Shown here piece by piece: positions 12,945 to 24,030 of a DNA stretch of 64,000 nt. The position numbers were made by a program, and so were the translations under genes. How positions within the stretch are numbered: position 1 is the stretch's first letter; each line of letters opens with the position of its first letter. Location: positions 20,503 through 84,502 of the forward strand of contig JAUCBJ010007883.1 of the NCBI GenBank assembly GCA_032718475.1. Reading direction: 5' to 3'. This DNA comes from Nemertoderma westbladi. Lineage: Eukaryota; Animalia; Xenacoelomorpha. The notes beneath the pieces were generated by a model. That model worked only from the letters and a program-made list of their open reading frames with translations, was not told the DNA's origin and searched no databases.

Positions 12945-13190
12945 GGCTTTGCAGGACATTGCTTTCGCCGTGAGGACCAGCTTGAGCACAATATTGCGCT
13001 TTGTCAGCAGCATGGAGAAATAAGCATGGTGGACAGCCCATGACTTTAGTGAGATGCATCTTAAAGGACACTGGCCTTGAAGATGCGTATAATCTCGCGA
13101 AAGTCATAGGGGATAGGGAGTTGTGGCGGTGCAACTTTGTGATAAGGCGGCATAGCATTCCTAATGCACGCTGCATTGGGCTTGCCAATT
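12945..13190 (+). mobile_element. RTE LINE 3' fragment
   Basis: Same family as 5561-5835 (GCTTTGCAGGACATTGCTTTCGCCGTGAGGACCAG; DTGLEDA...GDRELWR). Confidence 0.8.
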
Positions 13191-13309
13191 GTGTATTGCA
13201 TTGTGGTGGCAAAATACTTTTGTTAAGCCGGTATAGCATCTCAATGTTTAGTTTCAATGCAGCAGGCCCATTACAGTAGTAGTAGTAGTACCCCACCCAA
13301 CTCAAATAA

Positions 13310-14930
13310 AAGTCTCAAATAAATTGGGTTACAGAATTCCTAAATTGTAATGATATAAACTCCAAGTGGGATTCGTTTCAATCTAGAATTGCTGACTTGT
13401 TTGTTAAATATGTACCTACTTATAAATTATGTAGCAATCGTTATAGGCCACCCCTACATATCAGAAAATTACAAGCAAACAAACGACGCCTCTGGCGTCT
13501 ACGGAATAGGTCTACGTCTGATCTACAAGCTTATAGACGTGTGTGCTTTGAGTTTGACAAGGCAATCCGTTCCTTTCACATGCAACAAGAATTGAAAATT
13601 CTATCTAGTAAAAATAAAAAAGCATTCTTTAAATACGCTAAGAGCCGTACAACAAATCGTAACTCTATAGCCCCCTTAAAGAAAAAAGGATGGTTCCCTA
13701 GCAACCACTGACAAAGAAAAATGTGACTGTCTGATAACTCAATACTCATCTGTCGGTAATGTAGATAATGGTGAATTTCCTGTATTTAACCAGCTAACTG
13801 ACGAAACTTTTGACATTGATTGCATTTCTGAATCTAAAGTTATTGATATCCTTGCTAAATTACAGTATAAATTTGGAGATACGCCAGACGGCATTCCTGT
13901 TGCTACCTTAAAAATATTTAGATTTGAATTATGTTATGCATTGTGCATATTATTTATGAATCACTCTTAACTGGTGCATTACCGAAGTGTTGGAAACAGG
14001 CCGATATTACATCTGTCTACAAAAAAGGCGATGCGTCCATTGGTGCTAATTATCGCCCTATTTCCAGCACTTCTTCAGTCTGTCGTGTTCTAGAACAAAT
14101 CTTAATTCATGAAATGTCGGGTTTTTTAAAAAGGAACAATTTAATAACAGATGAACAATACGGATTTATTAAGGGCCGTAGCACTACCACTCAACTTTTA
14201 GACTGCACCTATAATTGGGCAACTGCCCTTAATGCAAAATGTTTTACTGATGTAGTATACACAGACTATGCCAAGGCATTTGACTCTGTTGTGCCTAGTA
14301 AATTGTTATTTAAACTTAAATGTTATGGAATTACAGGTAATTTGTATCGCTGGTTTGCCAGCTATTTAACTGATCGTGTTCAGCGAGTGAAAATAGGTGA
14401 AAGCTTACGTAGGATTCATATTGATTTGGTGTACACTTATAAAATAATGCATAATCTTTTAGACCTTGATCCTGAAAAATACTTTCAGCGATCATTTTCA
14501 ATTACTCGTGGCCACTCATATAAACTTCGAGGCATTAAATGTGCTACTAACCCAATATCGAATATGTTCTTTAATCGAGTTGTAAATATCTGGAATGACC
14601 TCACCGATGATATTGTTACCAGTATTTCTGTGGAGCAATTTAAACTAAAACTTATTGAATGCGATCTCACTAAATACTGTAATTTTGATAGGAATTTGTA
14701 ACTTGTTTCGTTGTAATTTTTATTTTATTTAAATACTTTGTGCAATGTGTTGCATATTTTATATTAATTGATATTTACTTAAGCTAGAGTATCAGTCGCC
14801 TCGTTTACCGTGTTAACCTTTTTACTTTTGTTCTGGTCGGTACATTGTGCCTTTTATTGTGATTTTTAATGTTGTCTGTGCGCTACTCTAACTGGAGTTA
14901 TCTCCGAATAATATATCTTATCTTATCTTA
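13310..14930 (+). mobile_element. 5'-truncated, internally deleted CR1-type LINE (pseudo-ORF2) with (TCTTA)n tail
   Basis: RT motifs NYRPISSTS, QYGFIKGRST and DYAKAFDSV, plus the CR1 C-terminus TRGHSYKL...FFNRVVNIWNDL. Frameshifts lie upstream. TCTTA microsatellite tail at about 14915-14930. Confidence 0.88.
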
Positions 14931-15491
14931 ACTCCTACCTTAATATGCTCTGGCTAAACCAATGGAAGGATAGGCCTATATTTCATTAGTTAAACGAATT
15001 AAAAAGTACCCTTTTTGGTAAAAACGAACCGCCCTTTTAAAATCCTGGCTATGGGCCTGTAAACTAGTACTGTAAAAGCAAATTAGATCTATTAGCTATC
15101 TCTATTTCTAATTTCATTGGGGGGGGGGGGGGGGGGGGGGGTTAACATAATGCATGATATGAGGATTATGTGTACAGTATTTATAAAAAGTGCCACCCCC
15201 CCCCCCCCCCCCCCCCCCGCCCTTCATAAATTCCCAGATCCGCAACTGATTCCTCCTTTCTTTTTGTAAAAGAAATAGTTATATTGTTTGGTAACAACCA
15301 GCCATATTCCGTGCTTGCGATAAACCGACATTAACCACGATGGACTATTATATTAAAATTATACACTTTACTGCTTTCGATTAAATAATATATATACAAA
15401 TAACTACTAGCTGTCTAGGAACAAAAAAAACACCAATACAGAAATATTAAGAAACTCGATATCTGAAAGCTCCAATTACTCCCGGACATGT

Positions 15492-16166
15492 TTACCCGGA
15501 CCCGGACCCGGACTCCCGGACATGTTTACCCTTTTTCCGATTCCGAACTCGAGAACGTTTTTCCTCCTCTTCCGACGAGCTGCTTGACGAGCTAGAGGAA
15601 CTCGGCGAGCGACGAACTCTCTTCTTCTTGAGTTTCTTATGTTTCTTCCCGGCTATTTCCGCGGTTCCTCCCGGTTTCGCGACGACTTTACCAGCGGGGA
15701 TGGCGAACGAATCGTCCTTGGAGAAACTGCTCCCGGCCACATATCCGCTCAGTCCCATCGCGTCTTTAAACGCCTCGTTTTTCTTCTCATTTAGTTCCGC
15801 AGTTACGTGCCGCTCGAATGTTTTTGGTTTATGAGATCCGTCGTCCGTCGCCTCTAGCAACGCAGCGCTGTCCGTTAACAACCAACGCAACTCGCCGACT
15901 TTATCTTCAATCTCAGTGTCGGAATATCCTTGATCTTCCATCATATCCTGTAATTCCACGCATTTTAGTTCAATTTTTCGTTTATTTTCGTGTTCCAAAA
16001 TCTCCTTGTTGCCTTTCCGCAGAAGAACTTCGTCTATTTTATTAAAATCTTTGGGTTTTGCGTAGTCCACTCGCTCCTTGTGTTGTCTTATGAGTGCCCG
16101 GTTGGCTTGGATGTGGCCGTTTGTCCCGGTTCCGCGTGGAGTAATTACTCCGATTCCGTTATACAT
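15492..16166 (-). CDS. CWC21: CWC21/SRRM2-family splicing factor (cwf21 domain plus short basic/Ser-rich tail), intronless, 224 aa
   Basis: Diagnostic N-terminus MYNGIG..TPRGTGTNGHIQAN and ILEHENKRKIELKC...GYSDTEIEDKV. Confidence 0.9.
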   Translation of the reverse strand: MYNGIGVITPRGTGTNGHIQANRALIRQHKERVDYAKPKDFNKIDEVLLRKGNKEILEHENKRKIELKCVELQDMMEDQGYSDTEIEDKVGELRWLLTDSAALLEATDDGSHKPKTFERHVTAELNEKKNEAFKDAMGLSGYVAGSSFSKDDSFAIPAGKVVAKPGGTAEIAGKKHKKLKKKRVRRSPSSSSSSSSSSEEEEKRSRVRNRKKGKHVRESGSGSG

Positions 16167-16371
16167 TGTGTCAGTAGACGTCTATCAGTCTATAATCCAG
16201 TAATCTGTATTTCGGCGTACTGACGTAGGCCTAAGTGGTAGGTACAGTACAGAGGTAGGCAGGTAGGTCCCGGGACCGATTCGGCGCTACCCTTCTGACA
16301 ATCTGACAATAGCCTACCCAGCTACCTGCCTACACAACAGAGTAATACTTCAATGCCCCCAGTTCAATCTT

Positions 16372-16429
16372 GGGGTAAATCTTTTCGACCTACGCGTAGG
16401 CCTACGCGTAGGTCGAAAAGATTTACCCC
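16372..16429. mobile_element. 58-bp perfect palindromic insertion with 6-bp direct flanks
   Basis: GGGGTAAATCTTTTCGACCTACGCGTAGG|CCTACGCGTAGGTCGAAAAGATTTACCCC, with AATCTT at 16366-16371 and 16430-16435. Confidence 0.65.
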
Positions 16430-16910
16430 AATCTTGTTGTAAGTTCTTGTCTGTAGGCCTAGTCCTTCAGTCATTGGCAGCTTGGGTTAGGCAGGCTAAT
16501 GTCTGAATGTCTGTTGTACATGTACCGGTACTGCACTACCGTACCTACCGTCAGACAGTAGATGTATGTCGACTATATTATATAGTTAGGTCTCGTCTAG
16601 GTCGACATTTTGAGTGACTATTCATTCCTCTATTCGTTCAGGTACCGGTACTCCCTATTGAGGTAGTACCTATTCATTTATGATCTATTTATCAATATCG
16701 GATCTGTATTTCTTTTGTTTTGGTGTAAAGGTGAAGCCGGAGAGCAGCTGAGCAGAGGGAAAATATTTAATAAACAATTTTTAATCATGTTCCATATTCT
16801 ATATTACGCATTATATTTTCAATTCATTAACTTAGCTGCATATAATTTATTACCGGTGCTGTATTACGGTATATTTTTCTTAATATTTGCGACTTGCCGA
16901 TTCATTTAAT

Positions 16911-17639
16911 ATGTTTGCATTCCCGCCCTCCGCTATCATTCTGCGTAATATCTGCCATGGCCATAGGCGTTTGGTATTAACGAGGAAACTGTACAGCAAC
17001 TCTAATGTCGAGGATATGAACGATAAAGCAAAGAACCAAACTGATGTAATACTTCCCGAAGCCACCAAGTTTTATTTCGATACATTTCAGCTAATTAAAT
17101 TATTAGAGAGAGGAGGCTTTACAAGGCATCAAGCGGAGATTCTCTGTTCCAATTTAGTGACTCTACATAGTCGCAGTCTGGATATGATCACCAAGGACGT
17201 AGTTTCCAAAGCCGAGATGGAGATTAAGATGCAACTGATTTTGTCTGAGTTAGCGTCGTTAAGGAAAGATATGGCGCTGCTGGAGAAAAGCGAATTCCAG
17301 TCCTTGAAACACGATAACGATAAACTTAGTGCGGAAGTTCATCATCTTAGGAAGAATCTCGAAGAGGGAATGGTAAAGGTTAAAGGTGACGTCACTCTAG
17401 ATGTAAACTTGGAGAGGCGAAGGTCGAGGGATGATTTTGCCTCTCTACAGAATTCATTGATTCAGTTGCGAGCGGACACTGATAACTCTATTGTTAAACT
17501 TTCTAACACTATGACCACAGTTGGAGCTGAAACTGATACAAAGTTGGAAAGATCTAAAAGTGATTTATTGAAGTACGGATTTGCTACAGTAGCTTCTCTC
17601 GCTGCTGTTATATTGGCAATATTTAGACTTTTTCAATAA
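16911..17639 (+). CDS. CCDC90/MCUR1-like (DUF1640) mitochondrial coiled-coil protein, paralog 1, intronless
   Basis: Basic presequence-like N-terminus, YFDT..LE..GFT..QAE head, LRKDMALLEKSEF coiled coil and a C-terminal TM. The first ATG is 16911; the ORF-track start at 16887 is TTG. Confidence 0.88.
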   Translation: MFAFPPSAIILRNICHGHRRLVLTRKLYSNSNVEDMNDKAKNQTDVILPEATKFYFDTFQLIKLLERGGFTRHQAEILCSNLVTLHSRSLDMITKDVVSKAEMEIKMQLILSELASLRKDMALLEKSEFQSLKHDNDKLSAEVHHLRKNLEEGMVKVKGDVTLDVNLERRRSRDDFASLQNSLIQLRADTDNSIVKLSNTMTTVGAETDTKLERSKSDLLKYGFATVASLAAVILAIFRLFQ

Positions 17640-18315
17640 GTATTCCTCTGCAATTTCTAATTTAAAATGTCGTTCCGACCATTACTTATTATTGGAATTA
17701 ATTAATAACTAATGTTTACTAAAACTAAACTACAAAAATTTAGGAATATGTATTAATATTGCATATTTTCTCCATCATTGTGTCTTCCTAATAACAGTTT
17801 TTCGCCATTATTAAAATGTAGGGCAAATATAATTTATCTTTGTATTGATATGGTTATTGGTATATTTTAATTATGATAAGGATAGTTAATTAATTTATTA
17901 AAAATGTATTTCGATGTTAAGTAAATTGTAATCGTGTTTTTTTACCCGGCCTGCACCTGCGTGAACAAAGAACTATCAATTCATCTCACACTTCACTTGG
18001 TACAGTAAGTTATTTAGGGTAGTGATTTCATGGTAACCGCGGTTCTTGATAAACCTACATTTTCAATAATGCGTTGTTTATTAAGTAGCATGGCTATAAT
18101 CCGTATCGCGAAGGTATATTTCTATTATAGTTCTATTGCGATGTCAATTTATATAGTTTAAGACAGAATATTATAAGTTGTACAATCGAGAAGAACATAT
18201 GATTCTTATTTGAAGCTTAAATCCGGAATCTTCCCAGATATAAACTCGTACTATTCTGTCTTACATTTACTTCACTATAACTTCCATTTCGATAGTTCCT
18301 TATATCGGAGATATT

Positions 18316-19041
18316 ATGGTCTTACTTTTTAATATGTTAACCCGCCGTGTCTGTATTTTGAATTCAAGTAGTTGGCGACCTGTTGTAAAGAGACAACTGT
18401 GCAGCAGTGGCATTATCAATAGCGGAGACGGAAATAATGATGTTGTTCCAGTTTCTAGGCAGTTGTATTTTGATACATATCAATTAATTAAACTCCTAGA
18501 ATCTGGCGGATTCACGCCAGATCAATCCGAGAAAGTCTCTTCATTATTAGTGAACCTACACAACAGTAGTCTGGATAGGGTGGCCGAGAAAATAGTTTCC
18601 AAAGCCGAGATGGAGATTAAGATGCAACAGATTTTGTCTGAGTTGGCGTCGTTAAGAAAAGATATGGCGCTGCTGGAGAAAAGCGAATTCCAGTCCTTGA
18701 AACACGATAACGATAAACTTAGTGCGGAAGTTCATCATCTTAGGAAGAATCTCGAAGAGGGAATGGTAAAGGTTAAAGGTGACGTCACTCTAGATGTGAA
18801 GTTGGAGCGACGAAGATCGAGGGATGATGTCGAGGCTCTACAGAATTCATTGATTCAGTTGCGAGCGGACACTGATAACTCTATTGTTAAACTTTCTAAC
18901 ACTATGACCACAGTTGGAGCTGAAACTGATACAAAGTTGGAAAGAACGAAAAGTGATTTATTAAGGTACGGTATTGTATTAGGTGTAGTTGTAGCAATTG
19001 TTGGGTTTGTCTCTGTTAATCAATATATGTATGCCAAATAA
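18316..19041 (+). CDS. CCDC90/MCUR1-like (DUF1640) protein, paralog 2, intronless
   Basis: Same architecture; the central coiled coil is nearly identical to paralog 1. Confidence 0.88.
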   Translation: MVLLFNMLTRRVCILNSSSWRPVVKRQLCSSGIINSGDGNNDVVPVSRQLYFDTYQLIKLLESGGFTPDQSEKVSSLLVNLHNSSLDRVAEKIVSKAEMEIKMQQILSELASLRKDMALLEKSEFQSLKHDNDKLSAEVHHLRKNLEEGMVKVKGDVTLDVKLERRRSRDDVEALQNSLIQLRADTDNSIVKLSNTMTTVGAETDTKLERTKSDLLRYGIVLGVVVAIVGFVSVNQYMYAK

Positions 19042-19162
19042 TTTTATAATTAAATATTGTCTATAATAATTAATACGCGACCTTCCTTATGAGGAAATAT
19101 TATGTTTGAAACTTGCATAGACCTATATTTTATATAGGTCTATGATTATTATTATATGGGGC

Positions 19163-19365
19163 AAAAGTGAAGTAAAGTTATCAGTGAACGTTAAACACAA
19201 AACGCAACCTGAAGGATTATCTCTCTTGGCTGTTACCTGTAAGGCAAGGATGACGTCACATCATCTCTCAAGGGTGAACACTACCCTTTCTTTACTCCCC
19301 CTGAAAGTCAGGTTCCTATTGTACAGCTGGGGAGGCGACTTACATCTAAGATGCCTTGCTTACTA
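19163..19365 (-). repeat. 5'-truncated SINE related to the copy at 24031-24380
   Basis: Shares AAGTTATC.GTGA, CTCTCTTGGC.GTTACCTGTAAGG and CTTGCTTA in the same order. Confidence 0.6.
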
Positions 19366-19698
19366 GATAGACAACAGTGCGAAATTATACATTTTGCCAA
19401 ACACAAAATGGTTAAGAAAAAGTTAAAGTTACGTACAGTTAAAAAGAGACAGGCGTGCCCAGCATCCCAGGATATCATATTTTGATATCCCGTCCGTGAA
19501 ATTACCGCCAGCTGTACGTCAACAACAAAACCCTCAAACTTACTTAGGCCCCTGCTGCACTGTTAAGTCGTATGTCGTAAGTCAAAATTAATTAAGGAAC
19601 ACATTGGTTTCAATGGGAGCGTCTCTACTGGTATGTCGTAAGTCATAAGTTCCAAGGTTCCACATTGGTGTAATTGTTACATTGAATTCACATTACTC

Positions 19699-19926
19699 GT
19701 AGGTCGTGGGTTCGATCCCCGCATGGGCCACGGCAGTTTTTGTTTCGGCAGGAATACTTTTAAGGGACAAATCAGTGCGCCTCTCTGCCTTGCATCCTTA
19801 AGTGGTAGCTAAATGAGTACTGGAGTTTCCTCGGGGGAGTAAAGTTCTGGGGGGACCGCATTGGAAATAAGTCGTTAGACATGGGCGTAATCCCTGGCCT
19901 AACGACCGAAGAAACTTTACTTTAAG
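19699..19926 (+). repeat. 5'-truncated tRNA-derived SINE with a Nin/Deu-like central domain
   Basis: B box GGTTCGATCCC, then GCCTTGCATCCTTAAGTGGTAGCTAAATGAGTAC resembling the Nin-domain core, and an (ACTTT)n tail. A second copy is at about 44087-44300. Confidence 0.6.
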
Positions 19927-20549
19927 TTACGACCCATAAGAGTCGAAGTGATTATGCCCCATGTTCCATATTTTGACATACAACTCATTAGTTATATCCG
20001 GCTAGAGTCCGGGTGATTTACTTTAGGGACAGTAGTAGGCCTAGCAAAATTTTCATCGAAGGTTTTTTAAATGACATGCGAATGTAATGAATTCTTACAT
20101 TTTTCCTCGCCTTCTCTTAGCTGCGTGTATAATTTGCCGTTATACACCTGGTATTTCGCTTGGCATTTATAGGGTGAACCCAATAACGATTACTAATGAT
20201 AACTCTAAGTCTCCGCCCACTAATATTTAATATATAAATACATTGTAAGAACATTTAATTGTTTTATTAGAATGAGCAACGGGACAGGTCCACGCTATAT
20301 GCATGGGGCGAGCCACACAGTGAGCAAAGCATTGGCGTAAGTGATTTATAAATAAATAAATAATTATAAAAGAACGAAAACGAAAGTAAGATAAGAAAAC
20401 AAACATTTACCGGCTGAGTTTAAAATGTATTATATTTAGCGACGTACAGTAAATTACCACTCAGGTGCACAAATTGATAGCACAATTAATAAATATACGA
20501 TTTAATTACTTCAATAAATTAACAACATAAATGTAATGCAATGCGGTAA

Positions 20550-20848
20550 AGGCCTATTTACACGTGGCAACTTTTAGAGCAACTTTCTCGGCAATCTGTA
20601 GAGCAACCCACCCAGGCTGTCGATCAAGTTGCTCCGTGTAAACACGTAAAAAAGTTGCCGTAAAAGTTGCTCAACTTTTACGGCAACTTGAAGGAATTTG
20701 CGTTGGCGAATTAAAGCGGGATAATCAAATTAAATTATAAAACTAGCTAGTAGATAAAATGACCCATTATTTTACAGTCAAACTAGCCAAGTTGCTCTAA
20801 AAGTTGCAGGCCAAGTTGCTGGTAAAGTTGCCACGTGTAAACAGGCCT
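20550..20848. mobile_element. PIF/Harbinger-type MITE
   Basis: TIR AGGCCTATTTACACGTGGCAACTTT / AAAGTTGCCACGTGTAAACAGGCCT, with a 3-bp TAA TSD at 20547-20549 and 20849-20851. Confidence 0.85.
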
Positions 20849-21439
20849 TAAATAATTCTAAATAAGGTTGTGTTATTAGTAAGCATAGAACGATAAGGGT
20901 AAATAAATTTCTTACTCAATTAACATTTACGCAAAAACAACATAATACTCAATAATAGGGAGGTGAGGATGATAAAATAATTTTATTAACGACAAAATGA
21001 AAGTAATCCAGAACATTAAAAGTCAAATAAACTTCACGTTAACTTACTATTTAAGTAGAACACTGACCTGTAACTTATTATAGCTTACCATATAATACAA
21101 GGGGTGACTAGTACACTATCATTTGCATATTGTAAGATGATACTGGCCTTGGCCTAGGAAATATTTTTACAAAAATACGAAGAACACAGCCAAACGAAAA
21201 TGTAACAAAACATGTTTAATTAAATAAACATAAATATACATGTGTGGGAGTTTGTGACACTGCAAAACTACTAAAAAAGAGTAAGAACTTAAGAGTTAAA
21301 GCTTTCAAGTAAATATAAAAGTAACTAACTGTACACCAAATAAAGCGCAAATCGACGCATCACTACCGTAAATAATCATATTTGTGCAAATAAATAACCA
21401 TCACAATTTTAAATATATCCTGAGTTCCGTTCACTAGAG

Positions 21440-22985
21440 AACCAACTAATTGATCCCCAACCAATAGACTTCCAGCACTAATAGATACCCAACCAATAGA
21501 CTTCCGGCACTAATTGATCCCCAACCAATAGACTTCCGGCACTAATTGATACCCAACCAATAGACTTCCAGCACTAATTGATCCCCAACCAATGGACTTC
21601 CAGCACTAATTGATCCCCAACCAATGGACTTCCAGCACTAATTGATCCCCAACCAATAGACTTCCAGCACTAATTGATCCCCAACCAATAGACTTCCGGC
21701 ACTAATTGATACCCAACCAATAGACTTCCGGCACTAATTGATACCCAACCAATAGACTTCCAGCACTAATTGATACCCAAACAATGGACTTCCAGCACTA
21801 ATTGATACCCAACCAATAGACTTCCGGCACTAATTGATACCCAACCAATAGACTTCCAGCACTAATTGATACCAACCAATAGACTTCCGGCACTAATTGA
21901 TCCCCAACCAATAGACTTCCAGCACTAATTGATACCAACCAATAGACTTCCGGCACTAATTGATCCCCAACCATTAGACTTCCAGCACTAATTGATACCC
22001 AAACAATGGACTTCCAGCACTAATTGATCCCCAACCAATAGACTTCCGGCACTAATTGATACCCAACCAATAGACTTCCAGCACTAATTGATACCAACCA
22101 ATAGACTTCCGGCACTAATTGATCCCCAACCAATAGACTTCCAGCACTAATTGATCCCCAACCAATAGACTTCCGGCACTAATTGATACCCAACCAATAG
22201 ACTTCCGGCACTAATTGATCCCCAACCAATAGACTTCCAGCACTAATTGATACCCAAACAATAGACTTCCGGCACTAATTGATACCCAACCAATAGACTT
22301 CCAGCACTAATTGATCCCCAACCAATAGACTTCCGGCACTAATTGATCCCCAACCAATAGACTTCCAGCACTAATTGATACCCAAACAATGGACTTCCAG
22401 CACTAATTGATACCCAACCAATAGACTTCCGGCACTAATTGATACCCAACCAATAGACTTCCAGCACTAATTGATCCCCAACCAATGGACTTCCAGCACT
22501 AATTGATACCCAACCAATGGACTTCCGGCACTAATTGATCCCCAACCAATAGACTTCCAGCACTAATTGATCCCCAACCAATAGACTTCCAGCACTAATT
22601 GATCCCCAACCAATAGACTTCCAGCACTAATTGATCCCCAACCAATGGACTTCCAGCACTAATTGATACCCAACCAATGGACTTCCGGCACTAATTGATC
22701 CCCAACCAATAGACTTCCGGCACTAATTGATCCCCAACCAATGGACTTCCGGCACTAATTGATCCCCAACCAATGGACTTCCGGCACTAATTGATCCCCA
22801 ACCAATAGACTTCCAGCTCCAATTGATCCCCAACCAATAGACTTCCAGCACTAATTGATACCCAACCAATAGACTTCCAGCACTAATTGATCCCCAACCA
22901 ATAGACTTCCAGCACTAATTGATCCCCAACCAATAGACTTCCGGCACTAATTGATCCCCAACCAATAGACTTCCAGCACTAATAG
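21440..22985. repeat. 32-bp tandem minisatellite (CACTAATTGATCCCCAACCAATAGACTTCCRG), about 48 copies
   Basis: Highly homogeneous array read directly. It ends about 10 bp from the ABCB6 stop codon. Confidence 0.97.
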
Positions 22986-22995
22986 AATCTCCGTC

Positions 22996-23883
22996 TTACC
23001 TTATAAGTTTATCACTCCCGGAACTCTCGTCTAACAAGGCCCCCTCACCCCCGACATCCGACTGCTGTTGCCGCCACATATCGGCGTACACACCGTCGGC
23101 TCGCAGCAGCTCGGCGTGGCAACCCCGCTCCGTAATCTCCCCGTCCTGCAGCACGAGGATCTGATCCGCGGATTGGATCGTCGACAAGCGATGCGCCACG
23201 ATCAACGAGGTCCGATCGGCGCAGATCCGGTTGAGACTCGCCTGGATGTTCCGCTCGGTTTTGGTGTCGAGGGCCGAAGTCGCTTCGTCCAGTAGGACAA
23301 TCTGCGGCGCTTTCAGCAGCGTCCGCGCGATCGCTACGCGCTGCTTCTCGCCTCCGGACAGTTTCAACCCCCGCTCCCCGACCGCGGTTTCGTACCCGTC
23401 CGGGAATCCTTCGATCCGACTGTGGATATCCGCCGCCTTGGCGGCTTCCACAACTTCCTCCTCTGAGGAGGTCACCTTCCCGTAGCGGATGTTGGCTCGG
23501 ATATCGTTATTGAAGAGGACGGTATCCTGGGGCACCACTCCGATGGACTGCCGCAGCGAGGTCTGCCGGACGCGCGAGATATCCTGCCCGTCGATCGTGA
23601 TACTCCCGGAATTTACGTCGAAGAAGCGGAATATGAGGCGGATGATGGTGGACTTTCCGGAGCCGGAAGGCCCGACCACTGCGACCGATCGACCGGCCGG
23701 AACCACGAAGTTGATCCCTCGTAGGATCGATTTATCGGGTCGGTAGTTGAAACAAACATCGTTGAAACGGATCTCCCCCTGGCTGATTAACAGCTCAGGG
23801 GCGTCGGGAATGTCTGTGACCTCCTGGCTCTCCTTGAGGAGGGAGAACATATTCTCCATGTCAATAAATGCATTCTGGAGCAC
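22996..23883 (-). CDS. ABCB6: ABCB6/HMT-1 half ABC transporter, exon 2 (nucleotide-binding domain)
   Basis: Walker A GPSGSGKS, signature LSGGEKQR, Walker [11 protein letters not shown] and H-loop AHRLST. The acceptor CCACAG|GTG puts the exon start at 23883. Confidence 0.92.
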   Translation of the reverse strand: MLQNAFIDMENMFSLLKESQEVTDIPDAPELLISQGEIRFNDVCFNYRPDKSILRGINFVVPAGRSVAVVGPSGSGKSTIIRLIFRFFDVNSGSITIDGQDISRVRQTSLRQSIGVVPQDTVLFNNDIRANIRYGKVTSSEEEVVEAAKAADIHSRIEGFPDGYETAVGERGLKLSGGEKQRVAIARTLLKAPQIVLLDEATSALDTKTERNIQASLNRICADRTSLIVAHRLSTIQSADQILVLQDGEITERGCHAELLRADGVYADMWRQQQSDVGGEGALLDESSGSDKLIR

Positions 23884-24030
23884 CTGTGGTGGATAAAATG
23901 TAATGTTTGATAAATATACGATACCGTAACTATGGTAATAAATATGTGTATCGTTACTCCTTGTACAACGTTGCGGTGGTTGCTGCAACACAAATAGAAT
24001 ACATTACATGCACAACGAAAAGTTATGGTA

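Larger units (their letters stand above)
12416..15248. mobile_element. hAT-like non-autonomous element carrying nested LINE fragments
   Basis: Ends CAGTGGCGGATTT / AGATCCGCAACTG match at 11/13. Flanks ATTCCTCG (12408-12415) and ATTCCTCC (15249-15256) form a 7/8 8-bp TSD. Poly-G/poly-C tracts lie near both ends. Confidence 0.65.

Noticed and set aside
23884-23991. N-terminal 36 aa of the 331-aa ORF and the last 15 aa of the 580-aa ORF
   Set aside because: These are intronic read-through beyond the ABCB6 splice sites.
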